NCBI GenBank assembly: GCA_019310975.1
Contig: JAFDDH010000001.1
Span: 3,613 to 67,612, forward strand
Direction of reading: 5' to 3'
Source: Deltaproteobacteria bacterium
Lineage (GTDB): Bacteria; Myxococcota_A; UBA9160; UBA4427
Length of the DNA: 64,000 nucleotides
Shown here: one piece after another, positions 1 to 9,142 of the stretch
How the letters are laid out: every line of letters starts with the position of its first letter
Position numbering within the stretch: position 1 is the first letter of the stretch
The notes under the pieces: generated by a model
Database searches by the model: none
Told to the model about the DNA's origin: nothing
What the model saw: the letters and a program-made list of their open reading frames with translations, nothing else
Program-made: the position numbers and the translations under genes

Positions 1-513
1 AGGCTTGTGCGCTTGAAGTCAAACCTCCGTGAGTCAACTGGGAGGCCAGGGGCCGCAACTTCTTTCATCGCAGAGCGCGCGCGAACGAGGCGGCGAGGGT
101 CATCGATACGGGCCTCACCGGGAGGTGCCCTCATGCTACGCTTTGGAGTGTAATCGCGTCAATCAATATCTGTGGGGCCGGGGCGATTCAAGCCGCCAAT
201 TCGCTACGTACTATACGGTGAAATGTGTCAGTCTGGCGAAGACAGAACAGATTTTCCCATTTCAGACGCCCTGGGTGCGCGGGAGCGATCTGCCGAATCG
301 GTGGGCAGGCGGTTGATCTGGCCGTCGCTCCTTGAAGAGCGCGGTGTCGAGCCCGGCGTTGAACAAGACCGTTCACAGCTCGGTTCAATTGACCTTGGGT
401 GCCGCCTGGCGGCATACTCGGGTCGCAGGGTCGGGTCCGGCAATCGCTCTCGCCGGCTGACCCACGCCGAATTGCTGCGCGGCGGCAGAGCCTCGATGAT
501 GGGAGGGGAGCCG

Positions 514-1680
514 ATGAAGGCCTTGCGAATCCTGCTCATCGGCGTCGCGGTGCTCGCGGTCGTGTTGGCTGCCGGGCTCGGGATCGCCTGGATGCTCACC
601 GCGCCCGTGGGCCTACCCGAGGGCAGCGAGAGCGCGGCGAGGCTCGCTCCCGGTCCGTATTCCGTCGGCCAGGTTGAGCTCGTGTGGGTAGACCGGTCCC
701 GGCCCACGGCCGAGAACGGGGAATACCCGGGCTCACCGGAGCGGACGTTTCCAGTCGCTCTCTGGTACCCGGAAGGCGTCGGCGGCCAGCACCCGCTTGC
801 GGTCTACAGCCACGGCTTCATGTCGTCGCGCCACGGCGGCAGCTATCTGGCGGAGCATCTGGCGAGCCACGGCTACGTGGTCGTGTCCGCCGACTACCCG
901 CTCACCCACGCTCGGGCTCCTGGCGGTCCCAACTTTCTCGACGTGCTCCACCAGCCGGCCGACGTGTCCTTCCTGATCGACCAGGTGATGGCATTGGACG
1001 CAGCCGATCGGCCCTTCGAGGGCGAGATCGACGCCCAGCGGATCGGAGCCTTCGGGCTCTCGCTCGGTGGCCTCACCACGACGGTCGTCAGCTTCGATCC
1101 CGAGCTGCGAGACCCGCGCGTGGCGGCGGCGATCTCGATCGCCGGGCCGGCGGACGTATTCGGCCCCGGCTACTTCGATCACGCCGCTATTCCCTTCCTG
1201 ATGATCGCCGGGACCTCCGATGCGATCATCGACTACGAGCTCAACGCGCTCCCGATTCCCGATCGGACCCGCAGGGGTGGGCTCGTATCGATCGCGGGGG
1301 GAACGCACGTGGGGTTCGATCAGATTGCCGCCGGGGCCATGCGGCTGCTCGGCAACCCGGACGGCGTGGCGTGCAGCGCTGCTGCGGCGAGCGCCGGCGA
1401 CGCCGAGTCGGCCCCGCCCGAGAACGCCTTCGTCGGGCTCTTCGGAACTCCGGAGCAGGGCCTGCTGGAGCCCACCGACTACCGGCCGGGGTGCACGAGG
1501 ACGTTCGAGCAGGCGGTCGCGGCCGGGCGCCAGCAGATGCTGACCACGCTGGCGGTTCGTGCGTTCTTCGAGAGTCAATTTGCGGGCGGACCCGAGTCGC
1601 GCGCGGACCACGAGGCATTCCTCACCCGGACGCTGCCGGCCGAGCTGCCCGAGGTGAGCTACACGCCGAGCCGCCGCTGA
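514..1680 (+). CDS. Membrane-anchored alpha/beta hydrolase (dienelactone hydrolase / PAF-AH-like)
   Basis: ATG 514 after GGAGGGG; N-terminal TM; HGFMS oxyanion motif, GLSLGG nucleophile elbow, GTSD and GGTH candidate Asp/His. Confidence 0.8.
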   Translation: MKALRILLIGVAVLAVVLAAGLGIAWMLTAPVGLPEGSESAARLAPGPYSVGQVELVWVDRSRPTAENGEYPGSPERTFPVALWYPEGVGGQHPLAVYSHGFMSSRHGGSYLAEHLASHGYVVVSADYPLTHARAPGGPNFLDVLHQPADVSFLIDQVMALDAADRPFEGEIDAQRIGAFGLSLGGLTTTVVSFDPELRDPRVAAAISIAGPADVFGPGYFDHAAIPFLMIAGTSDAIIDYELNALPIPDRTRRGGLVSIAGGTHVGFDQIAAGAMRLLGNPDGVACSAAAASAGDAESAPPENAFVGLFGTPEQGLLEPTDYRPGCTRTFEQAVAAGRQQMLTTLAVRAFFESQFAGGPESRADHEAFLTRTLPAELPEVSYTPSRR

Positions 1681-1805
1681 CAAGTCCACCGATCGTCAAC
1701 GGGCCAATACGTCGCACCAACGCCTCTTTACCAGCTTACCAGCCGCCACATCGATCCCCGCCACTGCTCTGGGCCAACGGCTTCGCACCCTTCTGCCCGC
1801 ACGTC

Positions 1806-3005
1806 CTACCGCCGCTTGGCGAAGCCCTTCGAGGTGCCCCCACCGCTCGAATGGCCCTGCGGTGTCACGCTCCCACCCGAAGAGCCCTGCGCTGTCACGC
1901 TCCCGCCCGAGGGACCGCTGCCCACGCCCGGGGTTCCGCCGCCTGCGCTGCCGAGTGCGTTGAAGACTCCGCTGACTCCGCCGGGCGGCGGGTGGGTGGC
2001 GCGCACGCGGGTGTATCCGTATCCGCTGACGACCACGCCTCGGCCCGACCGCGACACGCCGGGCGGGGAGGGACGATAGGGGTATCGCGGGTAGAAGCCG
2101 TGCGGTCCATGGCCCCAGCCGTAGCCCCAGCCGTAAGAGCCGTACCAATAGGACGGGTAGGGGGATGCCCATCTCTCTGGATCGGGTCCGATGGACCGCA
2201 TTGCGAGATTCCCGGTCGCTACGTTCACCGAGAAGTACTGCGGGAACGAGAGCGCGACCATCAGATCGATGACGTCGTCGGGGACGCCCGCTCGATCGAG
2301 GCGAAGCAGGAGCCTCGAATTGATCGGAAAGCTGGATCGGGTCTCCAGCAGCACCGCCTCGACGACCATCGGGTCGACGAAGTCCAAGTCATCGATGACG
2401 TCGTTCGTCGTGAGTCGACCGACTCGCGTCCGGAGCGGGACGCCGGGACCGTCCGCAGACGATGTTTCCTGTCGATCGGGATGATCCGCCGCCGTGTATC
2501 GACGCTGCGTCAGCTCCGCTTGGGCACCCGATCGGATCACTTCGACCTCGAGCCACTCCTGGTCCCGACCCTTCATCCAGGCACCCGTGACCCGTTGCTC
2601 GCCGCTATCCGCGCACGACATTTCACTGTCGAAGTAGAGGCGCTGGTGTGTTCCGGACCAGCGAGAACGTTCCCAGCCGCGGCAGCCAGTGTGCCTGAGC
2701 GGGCGTCGGCGACCGTCGGGAACGAGTGTGACCCGAGAGACCGGCTGGCCGTCGATCGTCGAGAGCCGTGTGATCGAGCCCGGCTCGACACCGGGTTCGA
2801 TGCAGACGCGATGCCGAGGCACGACTTCCTCGTTGTCGCCCGCGTCGGGCGGGATCGGCTCCCAGCATCCGGTCCAGTCGCGCAGATTCGGATCCAGGGC
2901 GGAAGCATCTCCCGCGGCGATCCCAACCAGCGCCAGTACCCAACCCAGCCAGACGGCCAGTCGGAGCTTGAATCCGTTTCGGTCGAGCCGATCAGGCATC
3001 GCCAC
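1806..3005 (-). CDS. Hypothetical secreted protein with Tyr/Gly/Trp-rich and Gly/Ser-rich C-terminal tail
   Basis: Signal peptide (LAVWLGWVLALVGIAAGDASA), WTGCW motif, low-complexity C-terminus; starts 4 nt after the stop of the upstream barrel gene. Confidence 0.75.
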   Translation of the reverse strand: MAMPDRLDRNGFKLRLAVWLGWVLALVGIAAGDASALDPNLRDWTGCWEPIPPDAGDNEEVVPRHRVCIEPGVEPGSITRLSTIDGQPVSRVTLVPDGRRRPLRHTGCRGWERSRWSGTHQRLYFDSEMSCADSGEQRVTGAWMKGRDQEWLEVEVIRSGAQAELTQRRYTAADHPDRQETSSADGPGVPLRTRVGRLTTNDVIDDLDFVDPMVVEAVLLETRSSFPINSRLLLRLDRAGVPDDVIDLMVALSFPQYFSVNVATGNLAMRSIGPDPERWASPYPSYWYGSYGWGYGWGHGPHGFYPRYPYRPSPPGVSRSGRGVVVSGYGYTRVRATHPPPGGVSGVFNALGSAGGGTPGVGSGPSGGSVTAQGSSGGSVTPQGHSSGGGTSKGFAKRR

Positions 3006-3009
3006 CCCC

Positions 3010-3837
3010 TTACCGCGCCGTCCAGCTGAAGCCGACCATCACGCGGGGGCCACCGAGGCGAATCGGGTCGAAGCCAATGAAGCTGCCGGAGAGATCCGCC
3101 CGGGCCCAATGATAGCGACCCTCGACGACCAGGCCGAGGGTCCTGGTGAGATTCACGTCGAGGCCCAGGAAGGCATGGCTCGAGAAGCTCCAGCCGCTGG
3201 ACGAGAACGTGTCCTCGAAGATCTCGAGGGTCTGGAAGTCCACGAAATCGCCTTTCTGTTCGAGCTCGTACCAGGTGGCGCCGATGCCGCCTCCCAGGTA
3301 GGGAACGAAGCGGGAACGCACCCATGCGTATCGCCCGATCTTGCGACCCCGGCGCGTCGGGTAGAGCTTGAGGCTGAAGGTCAGGGGGAGCTGGATGAGC
3401 TCCGTCTCCTGTTCGATCGGCGCGTCCGATTCATACACGAAGTCTCGATACTCCGACTTCGTCGAGCTGACGCTCACCTCCAGACCGAGCACCCCATCCA
3501 GCCAGGAGGTCAGGCGAATGGATCCGTCGAATGCGATCACCGGCCCGTCGAAATCGGAGAGCTCCAGAGTCAGCACGTCCGTCAGGAAGTCGTAGACCTC
3601 ACCGTACGAGCGATTGAATCCGTATCCGCCGGGAAGGCCAAGTGTGAGTACTGGCTCCGCGAAGTGGAAGTCGAGATCGGCCTGCTCGGGTGCCGCCTTC
3701 GCAGGGCTGGGATCGTCGCGAGCGGTGGCTGGCGTCGCACCGTGAACGAGGATCGAGGACACGATCAGCCCAATTATCGCCCACCCAGGGGAGCGAGCTT
3801 CGAGCTCGCGGCTCCGTGCACGAAGGTGGCGTTGCAT
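3010..3837 (-). CDS. Outer-membrane beta-barrel protein (OmpW/OmpA-like 8-strand type)
   Basis: AAGGAG RBS before ATG 3837; signal peptide; amphipathic strands, FVPYLGGGIG motif, C-terminal VMVGFSW. Confidence 0.8.
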   Translation of the reverse strand: MQRHLRARSRELEARSPGWAIIGLIVSSILVHGATPATARDDPSPAKAAPEQADLDFHFAEPVLTLGLPGGYGFNRSYGEVYDFLTDVLTLELSDFDGPVIAFDGSIRLTSWLDGVLGLEVSVSSTKSEYRDFVYESDAPIEQETELIQLPLTFSLKLYPTRRGRKIGRYAWVRSRFVPYLGGGIGATWYELEQKGDFVDFQTLEIFEDTFSSSGWSFSSHAFLGLDVNLTRTLGLVVEGRYHWARADLSGSFIGFDPIRLGGPRVMVGFSWTAR

Positions 3838-3871
3838 CTCCTTGTGCTCCCTGATCGCTGAAGCTGAGGCT

Positions 3872-5851
3872 CTACGGATCCTGGACCTCGATCCAGCAGG
3901 TGTGATCGCAGCCATCTCCGTCGACGAGATTCCCGTCGTCGCACGCTTCGTCGCCGTTCAGCGATCCGTCACTGCAGAAGGCCCGGTCGAGGAAGAGGAT
4001 CCAGACGGCGCCCGCACCATAGTCGTTGTCGCCCCACGCATTGACCGCCAGATCGCCCACCCCGTCACCACTCAGGTCGCCGAGCGACGCGACCGAGATT
4101 CCGAGTCGGTCATCGTTATCGAGGGTCCCCGTGAATGCGCCCCGTGTATTGCTGATCTTCTCGTGAAATCTCACCGTGCCATCGGTGTTCAAGTGCAGGA
4201 TCCACACCGCACCTCGCTCCGGACCGCCGTCATCATCGTAAGCCGCACCCACGGCGAGATCGACCACGCCGTCCCCATCGAGGTCTCCCAGGGAGGAGAG
4301 CGAGCCGCCGAAATAGTCGAACCGGTCGAGCGCTCCGGTGAAGCCACCTTGAGTGTCGCTGATCTTCTGGTGCGATTTGACCCTCCCATCGGGCTTGAGG
4401 AAGAGAATCCATACGGCACCGCGACCCCCTCCGCCGTCATCATCCCATGGAGCCGATACCGCCAGGTCCGACGTGCCGTCACCATCCAAATCCCCCAGAG
4501 AGGCCATTGACTCGCCGAAGAAGTCGTGATCGTCGAGGGCACCCGTGAATCCGCCTGCCGTATCGCTGATCTTCTGATGCGACTTGACCATCCCATTTTC
4601 GTGCAGGAAGAGGATCCAGACGGCCCCGCGGTCGGTGCCCCCATCGTCGTCGCCCAGGGCACCAGAAGCCATGTCGGGCACGCCGTCTCCGTCCAGGTCC
4701 CCCAGGAAGGCTACCTCGATCGCGAACGAATCCCCGTCGTCGATCTGGCCTGTGAACCCGCCATGGGTACTGCTGATTCGCTGCTGCGACTTCACGGTGC
4801 CATCCGTGTCGAGAAAGAGGATCGTCGCCGCGCCACGCCCGTCCCCGCCTCCATCGTCGTCACGATTCTCGCCGGTGGCGAGTTCTGTGATGCCATCCCC
4901 ATCGAGATCTCCCAACGCGCTGAGGGTGTTGCCGAGACCACCGAGCGACGGATCGTACCCACCCTCGAGGTTGTTGATCACCGTATGGTTCTTGACCGTT
5001 CCATCGGCGTTCAAGAACAACATCCAGATGCCTTGCTCCCTCACGTCGTCGACGATTCTGGGCCCCCTGGCCGCCAGATCTCCCACTCCGTCTCCGTCGA
5101 GGTCGCCCAACGCCGCCAGCGCCAGGTTGAAGTTCGCGTGGCCGAAGTCTGCGAATCCTCCCTGTGTGTCACTGATCTTCTGGTACGGGAGATCGCCGCG
5201 ACGCATCCGGATCTGGAATTCGATTCCACCGGTGCCCGGCCCATCGGGGTTCACGATCGTGATCGTATTCTGCCCGTCGACGAAGATCGGTGGCGTCGTC
5301 TCGTGGCCATAGATGAGGTGGCCCGGCCGATCGCGACCGGGACGCTCGCTGCTCGACGCGACGCCGGGCGTCATCGTCTGCGAAGTCGGAGTTTGCGTGC
5401 CGGAGAACTCGACCCAATAGGACGTGATCGAGATTCGAAGACGCGACAAGCCGTTCTCGTTCTCCAGCTGTGGAGACTCGATGGGTGGAGAAAAGGTCGC
5501 GGGCGTGCCGGAGCTGAGGGGAACGACGGTCGTGCCGTTGATGTCGATGCGAAAGGCATCGTCGTAGCTGGCAAGAAAGAGCTCGATCGAGGTCAGGCGG
5601 GGATCGTGTGCGGCGGCGTCGAGATCGAACGCGTAGGCGAAGACGGAACCACCGTCACCGCCCCGTCCGCCGGTGCGCTCCTCGCGGGGGTCGAGCGAGC
5701 CGTTCGAGTTCGTGTCCTCGTAAATGCCATTGCCGAGCACGCTTCGGCCTCCCCCGTCCGGGTTGCATCCCCCGAGCAAGCAAACGGAAACCATTGCATG
5801 GGGGAGAATCGCCCATGGGCGGAAGGGTCGTCGCCGTCGGGTGTGAACCAT
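3872..5851 (-). CDS. FG-GAP (integrin-alpha-like) repeat lipoprotein with C-terminal Myxococcus Cys-rich (DUF4215-like) repeat
   Basis: Lipobox-like LLGGC; six ~65-aa repeats with LGDLDGDG..DLAVGA..GAVWILFL; C-terminal CSDGSLNGDEACDDGNLVDGDGCDHTCWIE; start uncertain. Confidence 0.85.
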   Translation of the reverse strand: MVHTRRRRPFRPWAILPHAMVSVCLLGGCNPDGGGRSVLGNGIYEDTNSNGSLDPREERTGGRGGDGGSVFAYAFDLDAAAHDPRLTSIELFLASYDDAFRIDINGTTVVPLSSGTPATFSPPIESPQLENENGLSRLRISITSYWVEFSGTQTPTSQTMTPGVASSSERPGRDRPGHLIYGHETTPPIFVDGQNTITIVNPDGPGTGGIEFQIRMRRGDLPYQKISDTQGGFADFGHANFNLALAALGDLDGDGVGDLAARGPRIVDDVREQGIWMLFLNADGTVKNHTVINNLEGGYDPSLGGLGNTLSALGDLDGDGITELATGENRDDDGGGDGRGAATILFLDTDGTVKSQQRISSTHGGFTGQIDDGDSFAIEVAFLGDLDGDGVPDMASGALGDDDGGTDRGAVWILFLHENGMVKSHQKISDTAGGFTGALDDHDFFGESMASLGDLDGDGTSDLAVSAPWDDDGGGGRGAVWILFLKPDGRVKSHQKISDTQGGFTGALDRFDYFGGSLSSLGDLDGDGVVDLAVGAAYDDDGGPERGAVWILHLNTDGTVRFHEKISNTRGAFTGTLDNDDRLGISVASLGDLSGDGVGDLAVNAWGDNDYGAGAVWILFLDRAFCSDGSLNGDEACDDGNLVDGDGCDHTCWIEVQDP

Positions 5852-5903
5852 CTCGATGCTTCTCCTATCGCCCAATCTCCCTGGTATGCGCGTGACGCCT
5901 GGA

Positions 5904-5932
5904 GAGCCCCGGGGCCTCCTGCCTCGGGGCTC
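5904..5932. terminator. GC-rich hairpin downstream of the Cys-rich lipoprotein gene
   Basis: GAGCCCCGGGGC-CTCCT-GCCTCGGGGCTC, 12-bp stem with one wobble; no U-tract. Confidence 0.4.
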
Positions 5933-5960
5933 AGATCGATCAGCCACTCTCGATGGATTT

Positions 5961-6392
5961 CTAACAGTCCGGGCACGGCGGCGGATCATCGTCCGGCTTG
6001 TCAGGCGGACGATTCCCGATCAGCTCTTCGCAGGTATTCGTGATGACGTCGATGGGGTCGTAGCAGCCGCCGAGGATGGAGAGGGTATCCTCTTCGATCG
6101 TGACGAAGAGCCCATCGCACTCCAGGCCCTCTATACAGCTGAGTGTTTTGCAGAGTGCGTCGACACAGCTGTCGCCGCCGGTATCACGCTCTGCATCCGC
6201 GACGAGGGCTTCGCATTGGCTCATGCAGTCGCCTTCGAGGGCGAGCGGACATTCGGCCATCGCCTCGCAAAAGCCCTGGCAATCCATCTCGCAGATCTCG
6301 CTTGAGCCTGCACTGTTGCCCTCATTACACGCAAATGTGAGTATGAGTGCGAGACCCAATACCAGCCCGATGAGATTGCTCGCTCTCGTCAT
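5961..6392 (-). CDS. Small Cys-rich lipoprotein
   Basis: Hydrophobic signal ending LTFAC; 14 further Cys, several in CxxxC spacing; alternative start at 6416. Confidence 0.8.
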   Translation of the reverse strand: MTRASNLIGLVLGLALILTFACNEGNSAGSSEICEMDCQGFCEAMAECPLALEGDCMSQCEALVADAERDTGGDSCVDALCKTLSCIEGLECDGLFVTIEEDTLSILGGCYDPIDVITNTCEELIGNRPPDKPDDDPPPCPDC

Positions 6393-6932
6393 CCTTTTGC
6401 TCCCGATTCTATTCACTGATCTTCCTGTTGATCGATCATGATCGTGTAAATTGGACGAGCGATGCGCCAGGTCGCCCGCGCAACCACATCAGCGGTGGAA
6501 GTAGGAACACAAGCTCGAAGCCGAGGCCGCAGCGCTTCGAGACGGTCGTGATGTGGTCGCAGCCCCGGACGTGTGTACCTCCCTGCTTCAACCGGGGAGG
6601 TCAGCAGGGCCGCGACTTCCCCTGACTCAGAGAGCATGCGAACCAGCGGGGTGCCACCGAGACGGCGAGGGGCGGCGGTGCCCGGCCTCACCGGGTGGTG
6701 CGTTCACCCTGCGCCTCGGGGTGTCGTTAGTCAACCAATGTTCTCGTGAGGAGCTGGAGATATTGGTCCCCGCGACCACTACGAGTCGAGTCTTGAATTG
6801 TTGCATTCGTGGGAAAGGTGGACAAGTTGCCCCACGAGACGGCCGAGCGCGTGGGTGGGCCTGGTGGCGGTGAGGCTCTGGGCATGGCCTCGGGCGGCAG
6901 GCAGTGAGCTGGTTCCGCGCTGGCCCCTGCGG

Positions 6933-7305
6933 TCACACTGGGAGTTCACCTCGGTCGCTCGCTGCGCTCACCCCACTCCACCCCACCCCAGCCGGCCCAG
7001 GAAGCCCCGCCAGCGCCGCCACCGCCTCTCGCCTGTGCGGGGTCGCCGCCAGGTAGCGCGAGGTGACGGAGATGTCGGAGTGGCCGATCAGGTCACGGAG
7101 GGTTGCGAGGTCGACTCCATTTCTGAGAAGGGTTGTGGCGTTGTGGCAAAGGTGTGGCGGAACCGGTGGGACGTGCCGTGGTCTCGCTCGATGCCCGCTC
7201 CTCGTGGTCCTTGATCGAGAAGGCGGGAGGCTTGTTGGTCACTCGAAGCTCGCCCGATGCAGACTCGATGTCCGCCGTCCACTGGAGGAAGCGAGCCTCT
7301 TCATC
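6933..7305 (-). pseudogene. Tyrosine recombinase/integrase C-terminal remnant
   Basis: Three frames give DEEARFLQWTADIESASGELRVTNKPPAFSIKDHEER / AGIERDHGTSHRFRHTFAT / TLLRNGVDLATLRDLIGHSDISVTSRYL; 8-bp duplication at 7132-7147 causes a frameshift. Confidence 0.88.
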
Positions 7306-7335
7306 TGACCTAGATCTGACCTAGATCTGACTTAG
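7303..7335. repeat. 11-bp tandem repeat x3
   Basis: ATCTGACCTAG ATCTGACCTAG ATCTGACTTAG. Confidence 0.95.
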
Positions 7336-7517
7336 AGGAAGCTCTGCAGCAACGAGGCGACGATCGCCGCCACGAAGATCACTCTCTTCTGCTTGGGCAG
7401 CGCCTCCCACCAGCCGGTCTCGCGATTGCGGAGGAAGTCCGTGCCGATGCAGGCATAGAGGATCCCCGCGACGGCGAATCCGATCAAGCAGAGTCTGATG
7501 ATCGAGAGGGTGTCCAT
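7332..7517 (-). CDS. Small two-TM membrane protein (61 aa)
   Basis: Two hydrophobic segments; co-oriented downstream of the thiolase-like gene. Confidence 0.65.
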   Translation of the reverse strand: MDTLSIIRLCLIGFAVAGILYACIGTDFLRNRETGWWEALPKQKRVIFVAAIVASLLQSFL

Positions 7518-7565
7518 TGCGGGACGATAGCCCGGGCTGGGGTCGGACTGCGCTGCGAAGCCGGC

Positions 7566-8687
7566 TCAGATGCGGGCTCGTAGGATGTGGACGAGGCAGA
7601 CCTGGCCGAGCCCCACCATGTGGGCCAGCCCGACGCGGGCGCCCGCGTGCTGGCGCACGCCCGCCTCGCCGCGCAGCTGGCGGGCAATCTCGACCACCTG
7701 ACCGACACCGGTCGGTCCGAATGGATGTCCCATGGCGATCAGCCCGCCGGATGCGCTGACCGCGCAATCTCCTCCGATCTGCGAGCGCCCCTCGGCGAGA
7801 TAGCGGGCGCCCTCTCCCTCGGCGCAGAGCCCGAGCGCCTCCGTATACAGGAGCTCCTCGACGCTGAAGGCATCGTGGACCTCCACGACGTCGAGATCGG
7901 CGGGTCCCACGCCGGCCTCATCGAAGGCCTGGGTGGCGGTCTCCCGTGTCAGCTCGACGATCACGGAGTCTCCGGGTGTATAGACCCGTTCGGATCGGGA
8001 CACCGAGCCGATCACCTCTACGGCGCGGCCCGCGGCGATCCCCAGCCTCTCGATGCCCTCGTCGCTCGCGAGGATCACCGCCGCCGCGCCCTCGCCGAAG
8101 GGGCAGCATTGCAGCCGGGTCAGCGAGCCGGCGACCGGATGCTCGAGCACCTCGTCGAGGCTGCGCACCTTCTGGAACTGGGCGTAGGGGTTGCTCGCCG
8201 CGTTGCCGTGATTCTTGACCGCGACCGCGGCGATCTGCTCGGGCGTTGCGCCGTAGCGGTTCATGTATTCGTTCGTGAGCAGCGCGAAGCTCAGCAGCGG
8301 GGACATGCTCGAGAGCCGCTCGGCGCCGGTCCAGGACATGGAGATCGGAACCGTGCCCGGCTTGTCGACCCCGATGGCGATGGAGACGTCCGAGATTCCC
8401 GTGGCCACCTCCAGGCAGGCGTGGCGGATCGCGGTCGAGCCCGACGCAGAGGCGTTCTCCACCTGGCAGAGCGTGAGGCCGGTTGCGCCGAGGTGCTTCA
8501 ACATTGCGCGTCCGGGCGCCATGCCGAGCACGGCATTGCCGACGAAGGCGCTCTCGACGGTCGACCACTCGATTTCGGCATCGGCGAGGGCCTCGCGCAC
8601 TGCGCTGAGCCCGAGCTCGACATAGGGCGTCTTGCTCGACTTCTGATAGCGATGCAGCCCAATGCCAACCACGGATACGGCACGCAT
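7566..8687 (-). CDS. SCP2-type thiolase-family protein (probably non-thiolytic, aldolase-like)
   Basis: ENASASGS (Ser at the Cys position), VKNHGNA, EVHDAF, GGLIAMGHPFGPTG. Confidence 0.88.
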   Translation of the reverse strand: MRAVSVVGIGLHRYQKSSKTPYVELGLSAVREALADAEIEWSTVESAFVGNAVLGMAPGRAMLKHLGATGLTLCQVENASASGSTAIRHACLEVATGISDVSIAIGVDKPGTVPISMSWTGAERLSSMSPLLSFALLTNEYMNRYGATPEQIAAVAVKNHGNAASNPYAQFQKVRSLDEVLEHPVAGSLTRLQCCPFGEGAAAVILASDEGIERLGIAAGRAVEVIGSVSRSERVYTPGDSVIVELTRETATQAFDEAGVGPADLDVVEVHDAFSVEELLYTEALGLCAEGEGARYLAEGRSQIGGDCAVSASGGLIAMGHPFGPTGVGQVVEIARQLRGEAGVRQHAGARVGLAHMVGLGQVCLVHILRARI

Positions 8688-8707
8688 ATCGGCCAGTGTT
8701 CGGCCCA

Positions 8708-9142
8708 TCAGCCGGCTGGCTCCGCCGGCTCGGTGGGCGCGAAGAAGCAGTCGACGATCCGACGGCTCGATTCATCCTCACCGACGTCGACGAGATGGCC
8801 CGCTACGCGCTGACCGCAGGAGAGCCCGGCGGTGTCGTCGACGTCGAGCACCACCTCCAGCGCGGGGCCCGCGTCGAGCGCCACCGTGCCGATGATCAGC
8901 GGCGCAGTCGAGCCCGGGCGTTGCTGGCGGTGGGAGAGTGCGAAGCTTTGCAGCGTCCCCGAGGCATCGAGCTCGATGATCTCGATCTCGTCGCCGTACA
9001 GGCCACAGACCTCGCACCCGATCTGCTGCGGGGGAAAGAAGAGGTGCCCGCTCGAGCAGCGTGCACCCCGCAGCTTGGTCTCGGTGCTCGGGGCGGGTGG
9101 CACGGTGAAGAGCGTGGGTCGCTTGGCCACTCGCTCGCTCAT
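8708..9142 (-). CDS. DUF35 Zn-ribbon/OB-fold protein
   Basis: RCSSGHLFFPPQQIGCEVCG then SGTLQSF OB-fold; adjacent to thiolase-like gene. Confidence 0.85.
   Translation of the reverse strand: MSERVAKRPTLFTVPPAPSTETKLRGARCSSGHLFFPPQQIGCEVCGLYGDEIEIIELDASGTLQSFALSHRQQRPGSTAPLIIGTVALDAGPALEVVLDVDDTAGLSCGQRVAGHLVDVGEDESSRRIVDCFFAPTEPAEPAG

Noticed and set aside
1-68. Possible minus-strand gene start (MKEVAAPG...) running off the window
   Set aside because: Too short to support
360-375. TGAAC-N6-GTTCA palindrome upstream of the hydrolase gene
   Set aside because: Only 5-bp arms and a single instance; too weak to call an operator
684-3029. 781-aa plus-strand ORF and many other long Arg/Pro/Ala-rich ORFs in the track
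   Set aside because: Shadow frames of real genes in high-GC DNA; no motifs
3960-5180. Repeated DNA in the FG-GAP gene as a DGR template/variable repeat
   Set aside because: Ordinary divergent protein repeats; no reverse transcriptase and no evident adenine-specific pattern
1806-7305. Integron interpretation (integrase plus cassettes)
   Set aside because: No attC-like RYYYAAC...GTTRRRY sites seen between the genes, and the relic looks like a generic phage-type integrase
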